Shown here in pieces: positions 20,851-30,977 of a stretch of 57,405 nucleotides of DNA (the stretch's first letter is position 1; every line of letters starts with the position of its first letter). The notes beneath the pieces were generated by a model that was given only the letters and a program-made list of their open reading frames with translations, was not told the DNA's origin and searched no databases. The translations under genes and the position numbers were made by a program. Origin of the DNA: Schmidtea nova (taxonomy: Eukaryota); NCBI GenBank assembly GCA_044892505.1, contig CM097882.1, forward strand, positions 230,956,596 through 231,014,000. The letters are read 5' to 3'.

Positions 20851-23800
20851 ACGGCCATTCAAAAGATATTCACCGAATAAAGAGACTCCTAAAAATACTG
20901 GCAAAAATGAAAGGAACCGACGAAGAAGTAGGACGGAAATTTAAAAAGATAATGAACAATGAGCAAGCGAGACAACAACTAAAGAAAGAGAGAAAAGGAC
21001 TATGGGAAAGAATGAAAGGGTACAGAACCCAAGACGATTCCAGTGACGACGATGATGATGATAACGAAGGAGGGCAAGTATATAAAAATCAAGTACCACA
21101 GTATGTCGAAAAGAATCCAGCCGAAATGTGGAAGTGTTACGCACCCGCACCAACCATGTACCAAGAACCAACACCAGGGATGAGACAAAATACAATGCAA
21201 ATGATGCCGATGACAAACATATATCCTATGATACCGGAAGACTATAGAACGAGACGGTGCAGAAGTGTAGATCCGCAAGGAGACTCACATACAATTGCAG
21301 TAATGTCATCAAACACCGGTCCAGTATTAACTACAACAATCGAAATTAACGGAAGGGAAATAGAAGCGATGATTGATACAGGAGCAAATATCTCAGCAAT
21401 AGATATAAAATGGATACCACAAGAACAAAGACGGGATATCGAGAGAACCAACGTTCACGTAATAGCATGCAGTAAAGAAGTAGTAGAAGTTGCCGGAAGA
21501 TGGCGGGTAAAGATAAAACATCAAAACACGGAAATCGAAACGTACGTAGCAGTAATACCAGCACTGAGCGTACCATGCATTATAGGCACGGATCTAATGC
21601 CAGCATTATTTAAAGAAATAGTTATTGACCTCGGAACAATGAGATTAAAGGATAGGACAGGACAGATATGCGCAATAGAAGCAAAAGTAACAAGTTCGAA
21701 ACAAATAATCGTACCAGCACGGAGAAAGAAAATATGTTTCGTAAAAATAGATCCTACAATAGAAGGTGACATGATCTTTGAACCCAGTAAAAGATTTGAA
21801 AAGAGAAAGTCGTTGCCAATGGCAAGGGGATTAGTGAGTGCGAACGACAACGGAGAAATCCCGATAAATGTAGTAAATTTCGATGAAGAGGATAAAATAA
21901 TTTATGAAAATGAAAGATTAGGTAAACTAACTCCAATGATAGATATCGAAATACCAATAAAAGAAGGAGTAAAAGAGGAGGAACCCACTTGGAACATTGA
22001 TAGCCAACTATTGAATGAGGAGCAAAAGAAACAGCTAGAAAGATTACTGATAGAATATAAAGACATATTCGCAGCATCCGATTTAGATCTAGGGACATGT
22101 GATGTCACACTACATACGATTCCACTAACAGACGAAACGCCGATTGCGTTAAGACCATACAAGTTAGCTGAAGCGCAAAAATCAGTAGCAGAAGCAGAGG
22201 TACAGAAAATGCTAGACGCAGAAGTAATTGAACCAAGCTGCTCACCGTGGCAATTCCCAGTTGTAATGGTGAAAAAGAAAGACGGAACACAACGATTTTG
22301 TATTGATTATCGGAGATTAAATGCGGTAACAAAACGGGATACCTACCCATTACCAGACATCAACGAGATGTTATTGACATTACAAGGAGCGGCATATTTT
22401 ACATCATTGGATTTGAAAAGCGGATACTGGCAAATTAAAATGAAGGAGGAAGACAAAGAGAAAACTGCTTTCCCCATCGGAAGAGACTTGTACCAATTTA
22501 GGAAAATGCCATTCGGACTAACCAATGCGCCAGCATCATTTCAAAGATGTATGAATTTCGTTACCCATGGCATAAAACAATGCATGGTTTACATTGACGA
22601 CCTACTGATCTACTCAAGCACATTTGAACAACACATCCAAGATATCAGAGATGTATTTGTGAGATTGAGACAATGGAAACTCAAGCTCAAACCATCGAAA
22701 TGCGATTGGGCAAAAGAGAAAGTGACATTCTTAGGACATATTGTGTCCGCAAAAGGAAAGGAACCAGATCCCAGAAACATTGATAAAGTAAAAGAATGTC
22801 CAGTACCAAAGACGATAACGCAGATCCAAGAATTTCTCGGATTATGCGGTTACTATAGAAAATTCATAAAGGATTACGCAGGAATTGCAAAACCAATCCA
22901 GGAGCTAGTAAAGAAAGACGTATCGTTCATATGGGGAAGCGAACAACAAACAGCCTTCGAAACATTACGAGATAGGTTAATAACCGCACCAATATTGGTT
23001 CACCCGGATTTCAAGAAGCCATTTTTACTCGCAACCGACGCAAGTGGATATGCAGCAGGAGCAGTGTTAGGACAATATGATGACGAGGGAAAAGAGCGGG
23101 TAATCGGATATTATAGCAGAACATTCAAGAAACACGAGAAGAATTATTCAGTAACGGAAAGAGAAGCATTGGCAATAATATTAGCAATAAAACACTTTAA
23201 ATATCTATTATGGGGACACATTATATGCATAACCACGGATCATCAACCACTGGTATGGCTAGGACAACATAAGGAAACATCCAGCAGGTTGATGAGATGG
23301 GCGATGCAATTACAAGAATATTCACCAGATATAAAATTCAAATCAGGAAAAGCGAATGCCAACGCAGATTGCATGTCAAGATTAACGTTTCCAGAATTAA
23401 CAGACCCAGAAGTGCAAAGAATATGCATAATGATAGCAGAGGATTTGGATTTCAGTGAGTTAAAGAAAGATCAGCAAGAGGATAAAGAACTAAGACCCAT
23501 CATAGAATTCCTAAGCTCACGGAATATGGATGTATTCAAAGACAATACGGAGTTAAAAGAACACATGAGGAAATACCAACATCGATACACAATAGAAAAA
23601 GGATGGTTATTAATACGAGATGGAGAGAAACGATTAATGTGTCTGCCAGGTAATAGACGAAAAGAGATAATAACTCAATACCATGACGGAAAGCTAGGAG
23701 GACACATGTCCGATAAGAAGACATTAGATCGTATGAGACAAAAATATTATTGGCCAACAATGGACGAGGACGTTAAAGAATGGATAAAGAACTGTTTAAC

Positions 23801-26800
23801 TTGTGCCACAAGAAAGGATAGTGGGAAGAAATGGAAAAATCCCTTAAAACCCATGCCGATACCAGCAGAACCAATGACTACCATTGCGATGGATGTAATA
23901 GGACCATTGCCAGAAAGTTTAAACGGGAATCAATATATATTGGTAATAACGGATTATTTGACTAAATTCCCTGAAGCATTTGCGATGCCGGATCAAAAAG
24001 CAAAGACCGTAGCAAGAATTTTAGTAGAGGAAATATGTTGTCGATATGGAACTCCGAAACAAATACTGACAGATCAAGGGACAAATTTTATGAGCGAAAT
24101 ATTAGATGAAGTAACAAATTACTTCAGAATAGCCAAATTACGAACGTCACCATATCATCCGCAAACTAATGGACAAACGGAAAGATTTACCGGCACATTG
24201 ATTCGAATGTTATCCAATTATGTAAGCAAACACCAAACAGATTGGGATGAGTACATAAAGCTATGTCTAATGGCATACCGAATGTCGATACACGCAGCAA
24301 CAAAATTGAGTCCATTTCAATTAATGTATGGAAGGGAATGCAATATGCCAATAGATCTTGAATATCAACCACCTTTGTCTCAATATATGGAGGAAGATGA
24401 TTACGTCACCAAATTCAAAGAACGAATGCAAGAGATATGGAAGACCGCAGAACTAAACATAAAGTTTTATCAAGAGAGTTACAAGGACCTACACGATCAG
24501 AAGAAGAATGTTAGAGCAAATGATCTTAAACCCGGAGATTGGGTAATGATAGAAACCCCAGAAATAATACCAGGAACCGTTAAAAAACTACAAAGACCAG
24601 GAAAAGGCCCTTACGAAGTTATATACAAAAAGGAAAACAATGTGAAGGTAAAACTTGTTAATCGACCATTGATACGACCAATATACGTTAATACATGCAG
24701 ATGTAAAAAAGTACCAAAGACAATAACCACAGCGCCAGAAGAACGAATAATAACCAGATCCCAGACAGCCAGAATGAATATGCTCAGAGCAACCAATGAA
24801 AGTACCGAAGCAGAAAACAATCAACAAGAAAAAAGAAACAAGGAAATTGTACTAAAAGCCAGAGAAATAATGGGAAAATGGCATGTCAGAGACGATATAT
24901 TAAGAGATATTCAGTCGATAATTAGTGATTACGCAAGGGGACTACCAACAAAACCAGTCATTTCAGAACTACTGGAAAAGATTCCAGAAATACTTTCACT
25001 AGAAGACATAGGAGGACAACCAGCATTACATAACGCCATAAAATGGGGAGAAGTAGAGAGAGTAAAAGAATTTCTAAAAATCGCTAAGGAAACAAACCAA
25101 CACCTTGGTTTTGGGAATAGCGAACAAGAAACACCATTAATGGTAGCAGCCATCTACAAATCGGATAAAGCAATAATAGACCTTTTGATAAATGCCGATT
25201 TCAACTGGACGGAACGCGATAGAGAAAACAAAACAGTCTTGAATCACGCAATATGGAGCTCAAATCAGATAATGCTCAAACAAATAATCGAGAAGGCCAC
25301 TTGGGAAATAGACGAACTGATCAAAGGTGATATAATCAAGGAGGCAATAAAAATCGGTAACTGCAAAACAATACGCAAGCTAATAAAGTGGAAAAGATCC
25401 GAAAATGATACATGGGTATTAAATATAAACGAGGTATACAGTGAAGGACAAAACGCGTTATTACAATTCCTATTAAAATTAGTTTGTGATCAGAAAACAC
25501 TGTTAATATTATTGGACAGAAGAAATATTACAATTTCCAAAAACAAAGAGGAGTGTAAATTCGAAAGGGAAAAAGAAGCATTATTCAGGAAAATTAGGGA
25601 ATGGTGTGCAAAATCGCTAACCAAGACGATAACTTACAAAGATATATCCAATTTTCAAGACAAATACAAAACGGTGGAGGAAGAGTATGACAAACTAATA
25701 GACATATTAAACCACCCTGAAAAATGCAAACAATTCCTATGTCGAAAGGAAAGAGAAAGCAAAAGGAAATTTACACCACTTTTCAGCGCAGAGATACCAT
25801 ATCAAGAAAGGTTAGATGCGATACAGGACAAAGCAAAAGAACTATTACCAGAATTCGAAAATTCTAAACATACACTGGAGATACTCGGAGCAATTGTGGA
25901 AAAGGTACACGCATACGCGGAAGGAACTTACAATGAAAACGATATGATGATCATAAAAAGAGAAATGCCAGTGACTTTCTTATTAACAAAGAATGGAGTA
26001 TTGCCAATACATAGAGCCTTACGAGCAGGAAAAGATAGGAGGGTAGTCGAAATTGCACGGTTGATGCAAGATTGCGGAAGTGACATGAACATGAAAGATA
26101 AAAAGGGAGATACTCTCATGATATTCGCAGCAAGAGCGAACACAAAAACCCGAGTGTTACAGGAACTGTACGAAGCAGGTGCAGGACTCATGGGAAGAAC
26201 CAACAAAGACAGCTCAATACTAGACGTAGCGTTGTTAGCGCACAATTGGGAGGTGATAAATTTCATAAAAACAATCACAAATCAGGAGGAAATAGAATAC
26301 CTTATAAGGACAGTTAAAAAAGCTAGCGTACATTCCATGATGCATAACGCTGGACTAACCGAAGCAATACTCAATTGGATGAACCCAAACACCAATGAAC
26401 CAGCATTCAGGATCAACGAGTTCATGGAACAAGGCCAAAATTTGTATATAAAGTGGGCATTAATAATAAACAAATGGCCAAAGATAATAGACATCTTCAT
26501 GAGAAGAAAAGATTTGCGATTCACAAACAACCCAAAGGAAACAGAACGTACGGACAAATGGAAAGAACTAATGAAAACGTACCTTAATAATTGGATAAAA
26601 GCCAAGAAAGAGATTCTAGATTGTAAATTAACCGATAAGGAAATACCTAAGCAGGCAGTAACACAAGAATATAAAGCAAGTATACTCACAACCATAACGT
26701 ATGAAAAAATGGTAGAAGCAATAAATGTCGAGGACGACATTTTCAACGACCAAAGGGGAGGCGACAATACAGGAAACGACGACGATAGTACTCGAGAAAA

Positions 26801-28907
26801 TCCAGAGGATCATGAGTTATCAGATGAAGAGGACAGTGAAGAGAAAGGAAGGGACACAGAGAAAAAGGATAAGAAAAATGAATTTGGGAAACAAAGAAAC
26901 AACAACTATAAAAATAAAAACGAAGCAAAAAGAACAAGCTACAAACAAACAATAAATCCATTCTTTAAACCAGAACTATTATTACTAACGGTAATCATGA
27001 CCTTAATTAGTCCCACTCAAGGAATGATATGTGAAGAAAAAGCGACAATACAAATTGGAAACGCAAAAGGAATCGAACGAGTATGTTGGTCAAAAAAGGA
27101 CAAAATATCGGGACAAAATAGTCCAATGGATTGCAGGATCTCAGAATACGAACAAGAAATCATAGAGATCGATGACCTAGAGCTAGATACTTGGTACAGA
27201 ATGTGCACCGTTCGGAAACCAAAGGATCCGAGATCACATAAGACAATTGCATGTGCAAATTACCTAACACCCAAAATAACCATAACAGTACAGCAGACAT
27301 CCAAAGGAGACTACGTCGTAGGAAAGTGTGGAAAAACAGAGACCCAAGGAACAAAAAACAAAAAAACCCAGACAATAGATAGACGAACAACGCCAACTAT
27401 ACGAATTACCATAGACAGGCCCGAAGCAAGAGTAACCACAAATGAAACCGAAAGAGTGACCTACCAAACAGAATTACTATGTTTAGCACTCATATTAACA
27501 ATGTTAAAACGGTTAGAAGAAGGGATAGACATTGACACAATGGCAGTAACAGAGATGATCGACACCCAAAACACCAACCCAAAGTGTTGGGCCAGAAGCA
27601 ACGAAGAAATTGGCGTAAGCGAAATAAAGACGAGTTGGAAAAGGAAAACAAATAAAGTAACCAAGATATCAGAAGTAAAAGCAGACAGGACGTATGAACT
27701 ATGTTTACTAGAAAAAGAAAGACACAAGAAAGGAACGACAATTTGTAAAACATTTCAACCTGGGGAAACAATAAAGTTCATAAGACGAGGAAGAAAAAAT
27801 ATACGCACCAAACGGAGAACAACTATAATGTTAGAGTTAACCGGGATAGAACCGGACGTCAAAGGCGTATGCTGGAAGAAGCAAGAAAAGAAAACAAACC
27901 AGAATACACCGCCGCAATGTCGAACAAACAGAGGAACAACCACAATACAGATAGAAGGGTTAGAAAGTAATCAAACGTACGAAATATGCCTGATCAGGAA
28001 GAGCGACAAAATAACAGTAAATGAACTGGAATGCAAAATATATAAAACACCCACCAGAACGAGAATTGGAAAGACAACGCAAAAAAGCAGAAGACAACGG
28101 AACAAAGGAAAAGCGAGGTATACCACTACTTTTAAACCTAATGGACAACAGAAAAACCAAGAAATACAAATAAAGAATACTACAGCAACTCTTATACTAG
28201 GGAGAATAGACAATAAAACGTTAGAAATATGTTGGGCAGTAGTTCAGGAACGAAAAGAAAGACGGCCACGAAACTGCGAAAACGTAAAAGGAAAAGAAGA
28301 AATGAGTATCAAAAATCTGAAATTTAATAGAGAATACGAGATATGTGCGGTAGAAAAGACGGACATATTGGGAAATCAGCAGGAAAGATGCGAAACGTAC
28401 TACACACCGGTAAACTCAACGTCCAAAGGGAAAGTGAGAAAACTCGAATTTAAAGAGTTAAGTCAGACAACGAAACAAATGGACGAGGAACAAGTAGTAA
28501 TAGACCCTTACGCAAGATGGACGCCGGAAGAAGTAATTAGAGAAGTTAAAAGAAAACAACAAGAACGAGAACAACTACTAAATAAACTAAAGGGACAATA
28601 CGGACCAATGATTAACCAGAGTGAAATTACGAAGATGGACGTAAACAAACAAGTTAGAGAACTAATTGGTCTAGGAATACTAGCAGCAACTATTCCAGTA
28701 ATAACAGTATTATTAATAATATGGATATATGATGTATTCAACAAGAAACCAATAACACATTGGCCAGATATAAAGATTATGAACTACAGTATAGAATTAC
28801 CGGAGGAAGTACAGAAAGAATTCCAAAGGAGGACGAAAGGTAAAGAATTTTGGAGACAAATAGAGGATGAAGAGCGATACGAAGGAAAGACAGTGATGGT
28901 GATATAG
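20154..28907 (+). CDS. pol: Polyprotein part 2: glycoprotein C-half + TM, PR, RT, RNase H, IN, ankyrin modules, FN3-like membrane protein
   Basis: IDTGA (21372), SPWQFPVVMVKKKDG, YIDD (22590), TDASG, HDGKLGGH..CLTC, MDVIGPLP, TDQGTNF, HPQTNGQTER, GPYEV. Confidence 0.96.
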   Translation: MYVYICKKTNAKVATMTKLQPGQCTNELEIEYKGKVRYVQPVTRIINPISFEPNPFNCSNAYGPLYQRPDGNWVMFPSRTEVPAPREFELMQLSKGRKFKDVDVSNMGFYSAKDLEAARQNILFPARREAVLSSIVTITGGTNYQGGPNYELLLSPAHFKKATENMMKAMWGRFLIFGQMMAGILGVILIIQIIRVIITQMLACFDIYKREKKVNWKLVVGFLPFLAKTMVLHGHSKDIHRIKRLLKILAKMKGTDEEVGRKFKKIMNNEQARQQLKKERKGLWERMKGYRTQDDSSDDDDDDNEGGQVYKNQVPQYVEKNPAEMWKCYAPAPTMYQEPTPGMRQNTMQMMPMTNIYPMIPEDYRTRRCRSVDPQGDSHTIAVMSSNTGPVLTTTIEINGREIEAMIDTGANISAIDIKWIPQEQRRDIERTNVHVIACSKEVVEVAGRWRVKIKHQNTEIETYVAVIPALSVPCIIGTDLMPALFKEIVIDLGTMRLKDRTGQICAIEAKVTSSKQIIVPARRKKICFVKIDPTIEGDMIFEPSKRFEKRKSLPMARGLVSANDNGEIPINVVNFDEEDKIIYENERLGKLTPMIDIEIPIKEGVKEEEPTWNIDSQLLNEEQKKQLERLLIEYKDIFAASDLDLGTCDVTLHTIPLTDETPIALRPYKLAEAQKSVAEAEVQKMLDAEVIEPSCSPWQFPVVMVKKKDGTQRFCIDYRRLNAVTKRDTYPLPDINEMLLTLQGAAYFTSLDLKSGYWQIKMKEEDKEKTAFPIGRDLYQFRKMPFGLTNAPASFQRCMNFVTHGIKQCMVYIDDLLIYSSTFEQHIQDIRDVFVRLRQWKLKLKPSKCDWAKEKVTFLGHIVSAKGKEPDPRNIDKVKECPVPKTITQIQEFLGLCGYYRKFIKDYAGIAKPIQELVKKDVSFIWGSEQQTAFETLRDRLITAPILVHPDFKKPFLLATDASGYAAGAVLGQYDDEGKERVIGYYSRTFKKHEKNYSVTEREALAIILAIKHFKYLLWGHIICITTDHQPLVWLGQHKETSSRLMRWAMQLQEYSPDIKFKSGKANANADCMSRLTFPELTDPEVQRICIMIAEDLDFSELKKDQQEDKELRPIIEFLSSRNMDVFKDNTELKEHMRKYQHRYTIEKGWLLIRDGEKRLMCLPGNRRKEIITQYHDGKLGGHMSDKKTLDRMRQKYYWPTMDEDVKEWIKNCLTCATRKDSGKKWKNPLKPMPIPAEPMTTIAMDVIGPLPESLNGNQYILVITDYLTKFPEAFAMPDQKAKTVARILVEEICCRYGTPKQILTDQGTNFMSEILDEVTNYFRIAKLRTSPYHPQTNGQTERFTGTLIRMLSNYVSKHQTDWDEYIKLCLMAYRMSIHAATKLSPFQLMYGRECNMPIDLEYQPPLSQYMEEDDYVTKFKERMQEIWKTAELNIKFYQESYKDLHDQKKNVRANDLKPGDWVMIETPEIIPGTVKKLQRPGKGPYEVIYKKENNVKVKLVNRPLIRPIYVNTCRCKKVPKTITTAPEERIITRSQTARMNMLRATNESTEAENNQQEKRNKEIVLKAREIMGKWHVRDDILRDIQSIISDYARGLPTKPVISELLEKIPEILSLEDIGGQPALHNAIKWGEVERVKEFLKIAKETNQHLGFGNSEQETPLMVAAIYKSDKAIIDLLINADFNWTERDRENKTVLNHAIWSSNQIMLKQIIEKATWEIDELIKGDIIKEAIKIGNCKTIRKLIKWKRSENDTWVLNINEVYSEGQNALLQFLLKLVCDQKTLLILLDRRNITISKNKEECKFEREKEALFRKIREWCAKSLTKTITYKDISNFQDKYKTVEEEYDKLIDILNHPEKCKQFLCRKERESKRKFTPLFSAEIPYQERLDAIQDKAKELLPEFENSKHTLEILGAIVEKVHAYAEGTYNENDMMIIKREMPVTFLLTKNGVLPIHRALRAGKDRRVVEIARLMQDCGSDMNMKDKKGDTLMIFAARANTKTRVLQELYEAGAGLMGRTNKDSSILDVALLAHNWEVINFIKTITNQEEIEYLIRTVKKASVHSMMHNAGLTEAILNWMNPNTNEPAFRINEFMEQGQNLYIKWALIINKWPKIIDIFMRRKDLRFTNNPKETERTDKWKELMKTYLNNWIKAKKEILDCKLTDKEIPKQAVTQEYKASILTTITYEKMVEAINVEDDIFNDQRGGDNTGNDDDSTRENPEDHELSDEEDSEEKGRDTEKKDKKNEFGKQRNNNYKNKNEAKRTSYKQTINPFFKPELLLLTVIMTLISPTQGMICEEKATIQIGNAKGIERVCWSKKDKISGQNSPMDCRISEYEQEIIEIDDLELDTWYRMCTVRKPKDPRSHKTIACANYLTPKITITVQQTSKGDYVVGKCGKTETQGTKNKKTQTIDRRTTPTIRITIDRPEARVTTNETERVTYQTELLCLALILTMLKRLEEGIDIDTMAVTEMIDTQNTNPKCWARSNEEIGVSEIKTSWKRKTNKVTKISEVKADRTYELCLLEKERHKKGTTICKTFQPGETIKFIRRGRKNIRTKRRTTIMLELTGIEPDVKGVCWKKQEKKTNQNTPPQCRTNRGTTTIQIEGLESNQTYEICLIRKSDKITVNELECKIYKTPTRTRIGKTTQKSRRQRNKGKARYTTTFKPNGQQKNQEIQIKNTTATLILGRIDNKTLEICWAVVQERKERRPRNCENVKGKEEMSIKNLKFNREYEICAVEKTDILGNQQERCETYYTPVNSTSKGKVRKLEFKELSQTTKQMDEEQVVIDPYARWTPEEVIREVKRKQQEREQLLNKLKGQYGPMINQSEITKMDVNKQVRELIGLGILAATIPVITVLLIIWIYDVFNKKPITHWPDIKIMNYSIELPEEVQKEFQRRTKGKEFWRQIEDEERYEGKTVMVI
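24840..26640 (+). other. Two tandem ankyrin-repeat modules after integrase
   Basis: GGQPALHNAI, ETPLMVAA, KTVLNHAI, then GVLPIHRAL, GDTLMIFAA, SSILDVAL. The paired ends read INEVYSEGQN and INEFMEQGQN. Confidence 0.8.
26970..28907 (+). other. C-terminal type-I membrane protein with FN3-like repeats
   Basis: Signal-like ELLLLTVIMTLISPTQG, four VCW..C..I..L...T.Y.IC..C modules, and TM LIGLGILAATIPVITVLLIIWIY at 28662-28740. Confidence 0.65.
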
Positions 28908-29032
28908 GAGGCGGGATATGACTGTAAATAATAGTGTAAATAACAATGCATTATCGTAATAGTATGGGTATCGATATTATAAAAATATAAAAAGAGAAAT
29001 CGAGAAAACGATTAATGTATATAATTTAGAAA

Positions 29033-29389
29033 ATGAACGAACAGGAAGAAATAGCAGAAACTACTATGGCTATGCGATGGAAAGCCCAGTGTGACATGTT
29101 AATACGAACAATCAACTCACTACAAAATCAGTTAATTGAGAAACAGAATTTGTTATCCGAAAGTTATAATAATAGTTTTGAACAACTCCACAGAATCGAG
29201 GAGCAACAGAGATTGATAACGCAACTTACCAGAGAGAATCAAGTAATGAGCGACATAAATCAGAGACAAGCAATAGAGATAGACCGTTTAACAATGGGAG
29301 AGACAGAAGAAGCAGAGGATGGATGGACAAATTGGGCAATAAACAGATCAGAAAACGACCCAGAACCAGATTCAACAAACGAGCCGTAG
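29033..29389 (+). CDS. 118-aa coiled-coil accessory protein
   Basis: ATG ORF with heptad-like Q/E/L content, flanked by AT-rich spacers. Confidence 0.65.
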   Translation: MNEQEEIAETTMAMRWKAQCDMLIRTINSLQNQLIEKQNLLSESYNNSFEQLHRIEEQQRLITQLTRENQVMSDINQRQAIEIDRLTMGETEEAEDGWTNWAINRSENDPEPDSTNEP

Positions 29390-29479
29390 ATAAATAAAGC
29401 GAAAAATTGTAAATATGTAAAACAAAAACAAGAAAAATCAAAAAATAAATAACAAATCAAGTGTATATATCATTGTAGA

Positions 29480-30862
29480 ATGAATACAGAAGGAAAAGCC
29501 GAAGAGCGGATAATCGAAATTTTGAGAGCCGAGAACAGGAAATGGAGTCAGAGACTCACTTGTGTAAATTGTAAAAACAAAATATTGAAACCAAGACAAA
29601 CCCTATGCGGATGCAGAGTATGTACCAAATGCATACACGAGTTAAGTATGAAAAGACCACCAGAATGTCCAGAATGCAAAGAAGGACAAATAAAATTCGA
29701 AGAAACCGGACCAGATAGAGCAACTCAGAGAGAAATCATGAACACGAAAACCGAATGTATAAATCAACCATGTATATGACAAGGACAAATACGCGATCTC
29801 GAGAACCATCTGGAGAACTGCGAAGAGAAGAGAACTGAATGTAACAAATGCCAACAAAAAATAACTATAAAGAATAAAGAGCAGCACAAAGATGAATGTA
29901 AAGAAGAGGAAAGTCTATGCGAATATTGTGGAACTCGAGAAACGAGGAGAAAGATCGAAGAAGAACACCTGAATGTAAAAGAGGAGAAAGTATGTAGACA
30001 ATATGTAGGAATATGTGCAAACGAATGCGAGATAACGGTAGAAGTAAAATTACAAGAACATTGGAAAGTGTGCACGGAGAAACCAAGGGAATGTCCTTAT
30101 AACAAACAGGGATGTATGGAGAAAAGAACGCAAAAAACCATGAAACAACATCTGGAGGAAGCATTGCTAAAGCATGCGGAAATGACAAACGAAGCAACAA
30201 AAGAAACCGAACAAACAATCAAAAAATTAGAAAGAGAAATAGAGTCACACAAGATAATGGTAAACCTACTGTTGGAAACCAGAGAGCAATTCGAACTAAC
30301 ACGAGAAAAGATGGAGGAAAAGATAAAAGCTATCGAAGAATTGGCTAAAGGAATGAAAATCCAGTACAACAAACTCACCCAGGATACCGAGGAAAAGTTA
30401 CCAATCGCACCATATGTGTGGAAAGTGACAGATTTTAGAGACAAATTAACAGAGGCCAGAAATATGACGAAAACAGCAGTAATAAGCCCACCATTTTATT
30501 TATGGAGAAACGGAGCTAAAGTGAGATTGAAGCTATACCCAAATGGAGACGGAAGAGGACGAGGAACACATGTGTCAATATTTTTCTCGCTATGTAAAGG
30601 GGAATACGACGACCTAGTAGAATGGCCCTTGAAAGTAGGAGTCATTGTAAGAATCAGAAGTGTAACAAAACCAGTAGAAAAATTCTTTGAGACAGAGAAA
30701 CATGCGAGTACGAGCGAGAAACCAACCACAGAATGTGGATTAGCAGCGGGAGAACCGATGTTTATAACGAAAGAAAGCCTATGGGAACGATTATATGCAG
30801 ACACCCTATACATAGAAATGGAAAGGAATGAGAAAGCGGATAGAAAAGGATGGTTGACGTAA
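29480..30862 (+). pseudogene. TRAF: TRAF-family protein (RING, TRAF zinc fingers, coiled coil, MATH), 460 codons with one in-frame TGA at 29777-79
   Basis: ORFs 29480-29779 and 30068-30862 are in one frame, and I found no other stop between them. MATH motif YVWKV..F...SPPFY...LYPNGDGRGRGTHVSIFF..GEYD..EWP. The TGA sits at the Trp of C.W.G. Confidence 0.9.
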
Positions 30863-30977
30863 CAAGAAAAGTGATCATGTAAATAATATGTACAGTTAAA
30901 TACCCAAAAATTATTATATAAACAAAAATAACTGATATATAAACCGATTAAAAAATTCTTTTTCTGTAATTATAGCA

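Noticed and set aside
13324-29779. Alternative genetic code (TGA or TAA reassigned) to explain the in-frame stops
   Set aside because: The stops are rare and map to different expected residues (Gly, Trp), and TAA, TAG and TGA terminate other ORFs normally.
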